Shown here in pieces: positions 1-8,210 of a DNA stretch of 64,000 nt. Where the stretch lies: positions 490 to 64,489 of the forward strand of contig CAJAII010000002.1 in the NCBI GenBank assembly GCA_903939755.1, given 5' to 3'. The notes under the pieces are model-generated. The model ran no database searches, was not told the origin of the DNA, and saw only the letters and a program-made list of their open reading frames with translations. Within the stretch, counting starts at the first letter, position 1; each line of letters opens with the position of its first letter. This DNA comes from an uncultured Flavobacteriales bacterium (lineage in GTDB: Bacteria; Bacteroidota; Bacteroidia; Flavobacteriales_D; Crocinitomicaceae). The translations under genes and the position numbers were made by a program.

Positions 1-897
1 TCTGATTTATATAATGCCGAAATTATTTCTCTTGGAAGTGTTGGAGCAAGCACATGGGGATGCATAGTAAGTGATAGTAAGTTTCTTTTAAACTATGGTA
101 GAAATTGTGCAGGAACATCAACTTCGCAAATAAATCAAAACCTTACATTAAGTAGTTGGCATCATGTCGCATTTGTTTCGTCTGGTCATAATAACCCAAG
201 TACTATTTTTCACGATGGTATGAACATTGGGACTTATCCATCCAATACTAGTGGAGCTTGCTCAAATTCTAACCTATACTTCGGATACGATGTAGCTTTT
301 AATCTTTTGTATAATGGAAAACTTGACGACATTGGAATCTGGAATCGTGCACTTACAGCATGTGAAATACAAAATTTATATACTTCTCAAATAAATTCAA
401 TATTTGTATCTGCAGGAGCGGACCAAACAATATGTAATGGGGAACTAGTTACTTTATCTGCATCCAACTCTCAAAACTATTCTTGGAACAATGGCGTATC
501 AGACAGCGTTCCTTTTTCTCCAACAACTACTCAAAATTATATTGTAACTGCAGACACTGCTGGTTGCCAAAGTTTTGATACAGTTTCTGTTTTTGTAAAT
601 GAACCTTCTAGTTCAACCCTAACACAAACTGCCCTGGATTCCTACACGCTTAACGGACAAACTTACACCCAAAGTGGTATCTACACGCAAGTTATTCCTG
701 CAGCAAATGGATGCGACAGTACCATAACACTAAACCTCACTTTGAATTTTACGGGAATCCATGACTTAGGTGCAGCCACAAAAATACTAGTCAAAATTAC
801 CGACCTCAATGGCAAAACCATCCTACGTCGAAAAAATACGGTCATGCTTTTCATTTATGAAGATGGCACCGTGGAACGAGTAGTGGAGATGGAGTAA
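1..897 (+). CDS. Secreted LamG (concanavalin A-like lectin) domain protein, C-terminal part (5' end outside window)
   Basis: Frame 1 is open from base 1 to TAA at 895-897. The LamG-like segment reads LYFGYDVAFNLLYNGKLDDIGIWNRALTACEIQNLY, followed by Cys-containing Ig-like modules and a beta-rich C-terminal tail. Confidence 0.7.
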   Translation, partial: SDLYNAEIISLGSVGASTWGCIVSDSKFLLNYGRNCAGTSTSQINQNLTLSSWHHVAFVSSGHNNPSTIFHDGMNIGTYPSNTSGACSNSNLYFGYDVAFNLLYNGKLDDIGIWNRALTACEIQNLYTSQINSIFVSAGADQTICNGELVTLSASNSQNYSWNNGVSDSVPFSPTTTQNYIVTADTAGCQSFDTVSVFVNEPSSSTLTQTALDSYTLNGQTYTQSGIYTQVIPAANGCDSTITLNLTLNFTGIHDLGAATKILVKITDLNGKTILRRKNTVMLFIYEDGTVERVVEME

Positions 898-920
898 CAA
901 ACATGCCGCTGGCCGAGTGA

Positions 921-1092
921 TTCCGCCGATCGAGTGGTCGCCATGGGCGATTGTATCGATCCGCCAAGGCGGAAGCGGAATCAGGATCCTACATTCCACA
1001 AAACGTCTTCGCCAATCGAGTGTCCGCGGCAGGTGGATGTATCGATCCGCCATGGCGGAGGCGAAATGACTAATCCTCTAATGCTAATGCCC
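921..1092. repeat. Two tandem copies of an 86-bp GC-rich, hairpin-forming intergenic repeat (REP-like or structured RNA candidate)
   Basis: The landmarks atcgag (929/1015), atcgatcc (955/1041) and ccgccNNggcgg (961/1047) all recur with an 86-bp period. G+C is about 56% by hand count over 901-1090, against AT-rich flanks. Each unit can form the same two stem-loops. Confidence 0.6.
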
Positions 1093-1183
1093 CACACTTA
1101 AAATGACCTTCCGGACATGTTTTGTGTCCGTGGAGGCCGCAGGGTCGGCAAGGTAAATGTGCAACTTCAATTATTTTTGCGTT
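1070..1183 (-). pseudogene. Orphan 3' fragment of a glycosyltransferase family 9 (heptosyltransferase-like) gene
   Basis: The minus strand reads NAKIIEVAHLPCRPCGLHGHKTCPEGHFKCGALALED*. The intact gene at 2656-3612 ends DAKIIEVAGLPCRPCGLHGHKTCPEGHFKCGIGLKI*. There is no upstream coding continuation (stop a few codons upstream). Confidence 0.7.
1092..1156. repeat. Left copy of a 65-bp perfect direct repeat (extends imperfectly to about 1182)
   Basis: Letter-for-letter identical to 2675-2739 (ccacacttaaaatgaccttccggacatgttttgtgtccgtggaggccgcagggtcggcaaggtaa). The next 26 nt have 6 mismatches. Confidence 0.9.
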
Positions 1184-1287
1184 AAAATTAAAGAAAAACG
1201 TCCCAAATTAAAATACCATACTTAATATTAAATCATTAAAAAATGCAATTTATGCAAGTTTTAATGATTTAATTAGTAGATTTGATT

Positions 1288-2529
1288 ATGGAGAATTTCA
1301 CTAATCGTACCGATTACATTAACAAATTATTAGCATATAAGGACAAAGATCTTATAAAAGTTGTAAGTGGTTTGAGAAGAAGCGGTAAAAGTACCTTGTT
1401 CGAATTATACCGTCAAGTCCTTTTGAAAATGGGAGTACAAGCCGAACAAATAGTATTTTTAAACTTTGAAGATTTTGAACTTCGTAAGTTTTTATTTGAC
1501 CTTGATGCTTTGTACAATTACATCATTAGTCGCTTAGATTTGTCAAAACCTTGTTATGTATTTTTGGACGAAGTTCAAAACGTAAAGGAATTTGAGCGAT
1601 TAGTTGACGGATTGTTCGTAAAACGAAATATAGACGTTTACATTACTGGTTCAAACGCTTTTTTGTTATCGAGTGAATTAGCTACGCTTTTAAGTGGTCG
1701 CTATATTGAAATATCCATTTTACCCTTTTCATTCAATGAATACTTAAGGGCTAGAAACATTGACATTTCAAATAAGTATCTAAATTACGAAGCACTATTT
1801 TTTGATTATGTGAACGAAACTTCATTGCCAAAAGGTGTGGATTTGCGTGAAGGAGGTTATGATAAAATATACGAATACTTAGAAGCAATTTACACAACAG
1901 TTGTGGAAAAAGACATCACACAGCGTCACCAAATAAACGACAAAAGAGCATTTGGAAATATTACTAAATTTGTTGCATCTAACATTGGAAATCCTCTTTC
2001 TCCAGGAAATATTTCAAAGTCCTTAAAACAAGATGGACAAAGTATACATAATACCACTGTCGAAAAATATTTAGAATACCTAGTTGCGAGTTTTATTTTT
2101 TATAAAGTAAATCGTTTCGATTTAAAAGGAAAAAAACAACTAGCAACGCAAGAAAAATACTATTTAGTTGATGTTGGCTTGCTTAATATTTTGGTTGGTA
2201 AAGAACGAAACACAGACAGAGGGCACATACTAGAAAACATAGTTTATCTCGAACTCCTTCGTAGAGGTAATAAAATTTGGACAGGTACCACACGCAACAA
2301 CGAAGTTGATTTTGTTTGTAAATCTCCAACAGGTGACATTGAGTATTATCAGGTTGCGTGGGAAATGAACACCGAAAACACCATAGAACGAGAGTTTGGC
2401 TCTTTAGAAAAAATAAAAGACAACTATCCCAAATATTTACTAACGACAGATTCTTTTACACAAAATCGAAGCGGGATAATACACTTAAATGTTTTTAACT
2501 GGTTACTTGAAAAAAATAAATTTGAATAA
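1288..2529 (+). CDS. AAA+ superfamily ATPase with C-terminal DUF4143-type domain (COG1373-like)
   Basis: Walker A motif GLRRSGKST and Walker B-like VFLDEVQ. The C-terminal segment NEVDFVCKSPTGDIEYYQVAW is typical of this family. The ORF-track start at 1282 is TTG; the first ATG is at 1288. Confidence 0.8.
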   Translation: MENFTNRTDYINKLLAYKDKDLIKVVSGLRRSGKSTLFELYRQVLLKMGVQAEQIVFLNFEDFELRKFLFDLDALYNYIISRLDLSKPCYVFLDEVQNVKEFERLVDGLFVKRNIDVYITGSNAFLLSSELATLLSGRYIEISILPFSFNEYLRARNIDISNKYLNYEALFFDYVNETSLPKGVDLREGGYDKIYEYLEAIYTTVVEKDITQRHQINDKRAFGNITKFVASNIGNPLSPGNISKSLKQDGQSIHNTTVEKYLEYLVASFIFYKVNRFDLKGKKQLATQEKYYLVDVGLLNILVGKERNTDRGHILENIVYLELLRRGNKIWTGTTRNNEVDFVCKSPTGDIEYYQVAWEMNTENTIEREFGSLEKIKDNYPKYLLTTDSFTQNRSGIIHLNVFNWLLEKNKFE

Positions 2530-2574
2530 CGGATTAGTGAAATCAGCCCTTACAAGTTATTACCCATATTTTAC

Positions 2575-2602
2575 TTCGAATAAATGTAAATTTTTATTCG
2601 AA
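2575..2602. terminator. AT-rich perfect 10-bp hairpin between convergent genes, nested inside an 11-bp imperfect inverted repeat (2555-2565 / 2627-2638)
   Basis: ttcgaataaa (2575-2584) pairs with tttattcgaa (2593-2602). The outer arms are agttattaccc and gggtaaataact. It lies between the ATPase stop (2529) and the GT9 stop (2656). Confidence 0.35.
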
Positions 2603-2655
2603 ATTTAGTTGTTCAATGAAAATTCAGGGTAAATAACTCTAAACTTGGCTTTCCA

Positions 2656-3612
2656 TTAAATCTTCAATCCAATACCACACTTAAAATGACCTTCCGGACA
2701 TGTTTTGTGTCCGTGGAGGCCGCAGGGTCGGCAAGGTAATCCAGCCACTTCTATTATTTTTGCGTCATCGGATAATGGACCAAAGCCAAATGCAGGTATG
2801 GTGGAACAGAAAAAGGCTGTTACTGGAGCATTCACGGCGCTTGCGAAATGAAGCGGACCTGAATCATTCACAAAGTTTCTTTTTGCGTTTTTCATGAAGG
2901 CAACGGATTGCATTATGCTTAACTCGCCTGCTAATGATCTTACTTCTTTTGTCGATTCTGAGATGATTTGGTCGCAAAGTGCTTTGTCGTTAGGTCCTCC
3001 CATCAAAAAAATAGCGTGATCAGCGTCACTTAATTTTTCAATTAACTGCAACCAGGTAGCAATGGGTGCTTGTTTGGTGAACCATATCGATGCAGGCGCT
3101 AAGCAATAATAAGCGGTGTCTTGAAATTTTGAAACGAAGGTGTAATCTTCGTTGGATGGATAAAGACTTGGTTTTCTATTGGTGATGTCGCAAAAGGAAG
3201 CGATTAAGCTTAGGTTGCGATCTACTTCATGTTCTCCATTTCCAATCGCATGCTTGTATGATTTTGAATACAGAAAAGAAAATGGATTTTTTTTGAATCC
3301 TATTTTTTGCCTCGCGCCTGATAAGGCACAAATTAATCCTGAACTTGCGTAGCGATGTAAATTAACGATTGTGTCGTATTTCTCCTGACGAATGAGACGA
3401 ATAGTTTCTCTTAGGCTTACCCATTTATTTTTTTTGTCAAAAATAAATACCTTGTTCACATTTGGGTGTCCAATGAGCAATTCCTCATTTCCTTTTTTTA
3501 CCAAATAGTCTATCTGAATGTTAGGAAATTGCTTGTGTAAGTTGGCAATTAATGGAGTTGATAAGATGACATCGCCAATGAATGCGGTCTGAATTAGTAA
3601 GATCTTTTTCAT
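2656..3612 (-). CDS. Glycosyltransferase family 9 protein (ADP-heptose:LPS heptosyltransferase-like)
   Basis: N-terminus MKKILLIQTAFIGDVILSTPLI and the C-terminal GPLHFA...CRPCG segment are typical of RfaF/WaaC-type GT9. ATG at 3610-3612 abuts the stop of the upstream gene. Confidence 0.85.
   Translation of the reverse strand: MKKILLIQTAFIGDVILSTPLIANLHKQFPNIQIDYLVKKGNEELLIGHPNVNKVFIFDKKNKWVSLRETIRLIRQEKYDTIVNLHRYASSGLICALSGARQKIGFKKNPFSFLYSKSYKHAIGNGEHEVDRNLSLIASFCDITNRKPSLYPSNEDYTFVSKFQDTAYYCLAPASIWFTKQAPIATWLQLIEKLSDADHAIFLMGGPNDKALCDQIISESTKEVRSLAGELSIMQSVAFMKNAKRNFVNDSGPLHFASAVNAPVTAFFCSTIPAFGFGPLSDDAKIIEVAGLPCRPCGLHGHKTCPEGHFKCGIGLKI
2675..2739. repeat. Right copy of the 65-bp perfect direct repeat (inside the 3' end of the GT9 gene)
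   Basis: Identical to 1092-1156. Confidence 0.9.
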
Positions 3613-6600
3613 CTAGCGTATTAAAGTAACAAATCCACGTTTGGTTATTTGTCGGCCACCGGCATCTTGAACGCTTATGACATAAAGGTAATTATCATTG
3701 GGCGCTTCGTCTTTTCCTCCGTTAATCTTTCCGTCCCATCCCAAATTCATATCATTACTTTCGAAAATGATATTGCTCCACCGATTCATGATGTACATGC
3801 TATAATTTGTTGGATCAATATTGGTTAAAATGGGTAAAAATACGGTGTTCACGCCGCTTGGGCAAAATGAATTAGGGATATAAATAATAGGTTCATATAC
3901 CAAACAAAAAATATTGGATCTGGTCACTTCGGCGAAGCCATAGCTATTGAGATTTTCACTTCCCTCTACATAATAACAAATTTCTCCTGGGAAATCATTG
4001 CTGATTAGGGTGTCCTCAAAGCTGAGTTGGTTGGGGTTTATGGTAGCAATCAACTGACTAACCCCACTTAGTTTGTTGTACCTGAATACGTCGTAATGAT
4101 CGATTCCACCATCGAAACCTACGTATGGCGACCAATAGACGTAATTGATTTGTTGTATTTCATCGGCGATCCCTTGTACAAATATGGTGGTAGCTTCATT
4201 GGCATAAGTCCCAGCGGAATTGCAACTATCAACGTATTGTGTTCGATAGGTATAGGCTTGTAAATTAACATCGGCATCTGTATCGGTAAATACAGCTAAG
4301 TCGCCTTGTACGTTTGATCTTCCTATTTCCTCGAAAACGCTGGAGCTGTTCAAGCGTTCAAAGATGACTTCTTTTACCCCTACATTACCATCAATATAAG
4401 CAAATAAATCAACGTTTTTTGCTGCTACGCTAGCTAATTTAAGGTAATGAAATGTGGGTTGTTGGGGAATCGGGACATCAAAACCAAATGGATTGGAATA
4501 GGCAATTTGTCCATTAGATAGGTTGGCCCCAATGTAAATGTCGTAGTGATTTCCGCCTATTACATTAACGCTTGCTGAATTACTATTAACGCTTGAAAGT
4601 AGCACGAGTGCCCCATTTTCATAACTGTAAATTCCATAAGATGTGCTCGTCCACCCTTGGTAAGCACTCCAACTTAAATCAATTTTTTGTTGGCACATGT
4701 TGATCGCTCCATTAAGTTGAATGGTTTTATTTATTGGACTTTTAGCTGAGGTTTGAAAGGTTATCGGCAGCGCATTGGTGTAGCAAGAATCGAATGCTGC
4801 CACCGAATAGGAGTAAGGGCCTTGACTTGGATCAATGGCATAGGAATAGGAGGTGTTTCCAATTCCCCAAACGGTATCGAGTTCAAACAATACGCCCAAC
4901 GAATTAAAGGTGTAAACAACGTAACCATAGGTGTCAGCTTGATTGTTTTGATTCCAAGTCAATAGTAAGTTATTGTTGTTTGTTGGATCAAATCCTACGC
5001 TTTGAATGGTTGGGATGGAAGGCGTTAGCATATCTTCAAAATCATCGCTTGCTATGTTAGATTGAAAATCACAGGGATTGTTAGGTAAAACTATTTGGTA
5101 GCCGATTGTCGCGTTACAAATGGTAATGGTATCCTTATATTGCGTGGTATTGTAGGAAACAGAATCGATTAGGGTGAAATTTCCCGCAGGATATTCTTGA
5201 TAAATGTGGTAATAGTTTCCGAATGTCGCTAAGGGTACTGTTGCTGGTTTATTCCATTGAAGAACAGCTGTTCCGTTTCCAGGATTGATGAGGTTTAAAT
5301 GAATGTTGGAAATGGTGTCGCTGTATTTGGTGACATTTCCATTACAGCCAGAAACAACGCCTATGTAAAAAGATTGCATCGAATTTATTCCACTTAAAGC
5401 AAATTGATTGGTTACAAGTGTTGGAATAGTGGCCAACAATCCGCCTTGTACAGAATAAAGTTGGTAGGATACAAAAGTCCCAATTGGGTCATTGATTGGA
5501 GTCCATTTAATAATTACATTTCCAGTATTATCTGTTTGAATACAGTCTATTTTTGGCGCTTGAAGTATACCAGGATTCAGTACGTTAATTTGAATGGTCG
5601 CATAATTAACCTTTGGAATTTGACAATAATCATCTTGTGCTCTAAAGACAAATGTATAAGGGATGCTTTCTGCCACAACGCCGTATTGATTTACCAAATG
5701 GTCACAACTTGTTTGCCATGAAAACTGTACATTCGCTTGTTGCGTCCCAGAAACGGGTAATGCTAAGTCAAGTGTGGCACAGGGTGAAATTTGGCAGCCA
5801 ATCGGAGAGGTGAAATTTGTCCCAAACATAGGGCCTGTTGCGCTTAGTGTTACATTTTGTGGGCTGCCATCTTGAAGAAATTCGTTGTCAACCACTGAAA
5901 TAGTAAAATTGACCAAATCACCCGCATTTACGGTTGTTGTAAATTGTCCTCCGGCAAATGGTGGGGTGAAAATCGGTGCATTGTTGGCGGCTGAACAAGG
6001 AACGATTACTAACTGCATTTCCCGCTCGACTTCGGCAATTAATACGCCTTGACGATAGGATTTTACCAATACTTTAACGACAAAATTCCCTACGGTGAAG
6101 GAGTTAAATGTGATTTCTCCATTCGAAGGGTTGATGGATGCTGGAATATTCGAAGGATTTACACTACTGTTTGGGGTAGGTGATGCAAAGGAGAATCCGG
6201 GTTCAAATGGAATGGGAATAGGATTTAATGGTGGGTTGTAAGCACCAGTGGGGAAATTATTATAAGGAATTCCAAAATCAATATGTAAGGAATCTAAGTC
6301 ATTATCCACAGCATTCATATTGTAACTGAATGGGGTTCCTGCGCAACTTACAAAATAGGGGGCTTGTAAAAAGGAAGGGGAATTATCCGTACAACCAACT
6401 CCGTTGCCATGTGCAAACATTTTTGCTGTAAGTGTTATTCCATAGGTGGCAGGAGAAGTGATATTGGTTAATGCGTTGCTTCGCGCAAAATTTTCATAGG
6501 TAAAAACCCAGCCTTGGCTCGGTGGAACACCAACTATATCAATGGGTAAACTACGGTAAGTAATCTTCTCAATGGCACCAATCCCGTTTCCCCCTGATGT

Positions 6601-6897
6601 CCCCGAACCGCAAATTAACGGCGTGGGACCTCCTGAAACTGCTGTGCACGCAGGTGAAATATCGATGCGAGAAACAAAGGGTAAAAGTATTACCGTAAGC
6701 GATGGGTGGTTCCAAACCCGAAGGTTTTCGGAAAGCGTATTTACTTCTGCGCCATTACAATCGCGGTAAAAAACGAGCTCAAAAATGTACTTGTTGTTCC
6801 CATCGCATTTCCAGGTGATTTCTCCTCCCATTACATGTGATGCGAAGCTGCTTGCACTGATTATTAGAAAGAAAAATAGTGATAGAAATTTTAGCAT
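3613..6897 (-). CDS. Large secreted protein with gliding motility-associated C-terminal domain (T9SS type B CTD)
   Basis: Signal peptide MLKFLSLFFFLIISASSFA. C-terminus IYIPNSFCPSG...NRWSNIIFES...GWDGKINGG...YLYVISV...GFVTLIR matches the CHU_C/type B sorting domain pattern. The track start at 6915 is TTG; ATG is at 6897. Confidence 0.85.
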   Translation of the reverse strand: MLKFLSLFFFLIISASSFASHVMGGEITWKCDGNNKYIFELVFYRDCNGAEVNTLSENLRVWNHPSLTVILLPFVSRIDISPACTAVSGGPTPLICGSGTSGGNGIGAIEKITYRSLPIDIVGVPPSQGWVFTYENFARSNALTNITSPATYGITLTAKMFAHGNGVGCTDNSPSFLQAPYFVSCAGTPFSYNMNAVDNDLDSLHIDFGIPYNNFPTGAYNPPLNPIPIPFEPGFSFASPTPNSSVNPSNIPASINPSNGEITFNSFTVGNFVVKVLVKSYRQGVLIAEVEREMQLVIVPCSAANNAPIFTPPFAGGQFTTTVNAGDLVNFTISVVDNEFLQDGSPQNVTLSATGPMFGTNFTSPIGCQISPCATLDLALPVSGTQQANVQFSWQTSCDHLVNQYGVVAESIPYTFVFRAQDDYCQIPKVNYATIQINVLNPGILQAPKIDCIQTDNTGNVIIKWTPINDPIGTFVSYQLYSVQGGLLATIPTLVTNQFALSGINSMQSFYIGVVSGCNGNVTKYSDTISNIHLNLINPGNGTAVLQWNKPATVPLATFGNYYHIYQEYPAGNFTLIDSVSYNTTQYKDTITICNATIGYQIVLPNNPCDFQSNIASDDFEDMLTPSIPTIQSVGFDPTNNNNLLLTWNQNNQADTYGYVVYTFNSLGVLFELDTVWGIGNTSYSYAIDPSQGPYSYSVAAFDSCYTNALPITFQTSAKSPINKTIQLNGAINMCQQKIDLSWSAYQGWTSTSYGIYSYENGALVLLSSVNSNSASVNVIGGNHYDIYIGANLSNGQIAYSNPFGFDVPIPQQPTFHYLKLASVAAKNVDLFAYIDGNVGVKEVIFERLNSSSVFEEIGRSNVQGDLAVFTDTDADVNLQAYTYRTQYVDSCNSAGTYANEATTIFVQGIADEIQQINYVYWSPYVGFDGGIDHYDVFRYNKLSGVSQLIATINPNQLSFEDTLISNDFPGEICYYVEGSENLNSYGFAEVTRSNIFCLVYEPIIYIPNSFCPSGVNTVFLPILTNIDPTNYSMYIMNRWSNIIFESNDMNLGWDGKINGGKDEAPNDNYLYVISVQDAGGRQITKRGFVTLIR

Positions 6898-6941
6898 GGA
6901 ACTATTAAAAAACAATAATCATCAACCATAACGCTTTTATG

Positions 6942-8210
6942 TCAATTAAGTTGCTGTCCTGCCGTAATTACAAGCATTTCTTCCCAAACTAAGTATTTTT
7001 GGGCCATTGATCTTATTTCTTCCGCGCTTATGGTTTTTAACACATGAATGGCATCGTTGTAAAAAGAATAATCTAAGTTGGCTGTCTCTACTTGAATAAA
7101 TAAATCCATCATAGCAAAAGGCCCATCAGCGGCTTTTAAAGATTGCCCCATGATGTAATTCCGAACCATTGTTAATTCTTCTTCTCCGACTAATTCAGTA
7201 CGCAATAATTCAATCTCTTTCTTGATCTCTTCAATTGTTTGCTCAACAAAGTCTTTCCCTACTTGTGTCATTATGGCAAAATAGCCATTTTGATATATTT
7301 CTGCCAACATACTCCCGATGCCATAGGTATAGCCTTTGTCTTCGCGGATATTTTTCATTAATCGGCTTCCGAAATAATCACCCAAAATGGTATTCATGAC
7401 ATTAAAACGGTGATAATCTGGATGGTGTTTATCAAACATCATTCTGCCCACTCGAATTCCTGTTTGCAAGGCGCCTGATTTTTCAATGTGAAAGCTTCCT
7501 TTTTCGGGAGTAAAATGCATGGGTGTAATGATGTTTTTTTCTTTATACCAAGGTGAAAGAATGGAATGTATTGCTTTTGTGTCCTTTTCGTTGACATTGC
7601 CAACTAAGCTTACTTTCATTATTCCTTTTTGGTAATTATTATTGAAAAAGGATAGTATATCTTCCCGATTCACGGCGTCATAGTCATCCAATTCTGGTGT
7701 TTTACCATAAAGTGTTCCCACAAATAGCCGCTTTTGTAATTCCCGCTGCCCTAAATAGTTTACTTTTTCGAAGCTAACTTTTAGTTTTTGCTTTCTATCT
7801 TTTAATAATTCAGCTACTTCGTGTTGCGGAAAAGAGGCATTTTCAATGGCGTCAATTGCAACTTTAAGCAGATTTAGAATTTGGTCATTTAATGAATACA
7901 AGGATAATATGGCATATTCATGACTTACATTAACATCAAAAAATCCCCCTAAATCATCTATTTGATTATGAATTTCTGTTGACGATTTAGTTGCTGAACC
8001 AGCAAATAAAAGTCCTGCCGTGATGGATGCAATTATTGGATCGCTAATGATGGTCCCCGCTGAAAAATAAAGGTCCAAACGGACAGCATCACTTCCTGAA
8101 TTTACTAAGGAGTAAAAGGGGAGTTTATCCGCAATTAACACTTTTTTTGGGTGGGTGAAATGAATTTCATCCACATCCACCAATGGAGGATTTTGTTTTC
8201 TATCAATCAT
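6942..8210 (-). CDS. M16 family peptidase, non-catalytic-type subunit (no HxxEH)
   Basis: Insulinase-like length and architecture. 4-bp ATGA overlap with the upstream M16 gene. Confidence 0.8.
   Translation of the reverse strand: MIDRKQNPPLVDVDEIHFTHPKKVLIADKLPFYSLVNSGSDAVRLDLYFSAGTIISDPIIASITAGLLFAGSATKSSTEIHNQIDDLGGFFDVNVSHEYAILSLYSLNDQILNLLKVAIDAIENASFPQHEVAELLKDRKQKLKVSFEKVNYLGQRELQKRLFVGTLYGKTPELDDYDAVNREDILSFFNNNYQKGIMKVSLVGNVNEKDTKAIHSILSPWYKEKNIITPMHFTPEKGSFHIEKSGALQTGIRVGRMMFDKHHPDYHRFNVMNTILGDYFGSRLMKNIREDKGYTYGIGSMLAEIYQNGYFAIMTQVGKDFVEQTIEEIKKEIELLRTELVGEEELTMVRNYIMGQSLKAADGPFAMMDLFIQVETANLDYSFYNDAIHVLKTISAEEIRSMAQKYLVWEEMLVITAGQQLN

Noticed and set aside
823-1053. 76-aa minus-strand ORF across the GC-rich region
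   Set aside because: It lies on the tandem 86-bp repeat and overlaps the end of the LamG gene. Its sequence is Arg/Pro/His-rich with no recognisable fold, and its openness is explained by high G+C. It is better interpreted as non-coding repeat.
898-1100. The frame of the LamG gene stays open for 67 more codons after its TAA (895-897), raising possible stop-codon readthrough
   Set aside because: TAA is a strong stop. The downstream peptide is repeat-derived with no domain character, and the long open frame is expected in a GC-rich stretch.
2553-2640. Integron attC-like site downstream of the ATPase gene
   Set aside because: No RYYYAAC/GTTRRRY core sites and no integron integrase or cassette array are present. 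It is kept only as a generic nested inverted repeat.
3287-3435. A8/T8 homopolymer tracts (3287-3294, 3428-3435) inside the GT9 gene, as possible phase-variation switches for an LPS gene
   Set aside because: They encode Lys-Lys-Asn runs that are normal in an AT-rich genome. Similar tracts occur in many genes here, and 8 nt is short for efficient slipped-strand switching. There is no evidence of frame disruption.
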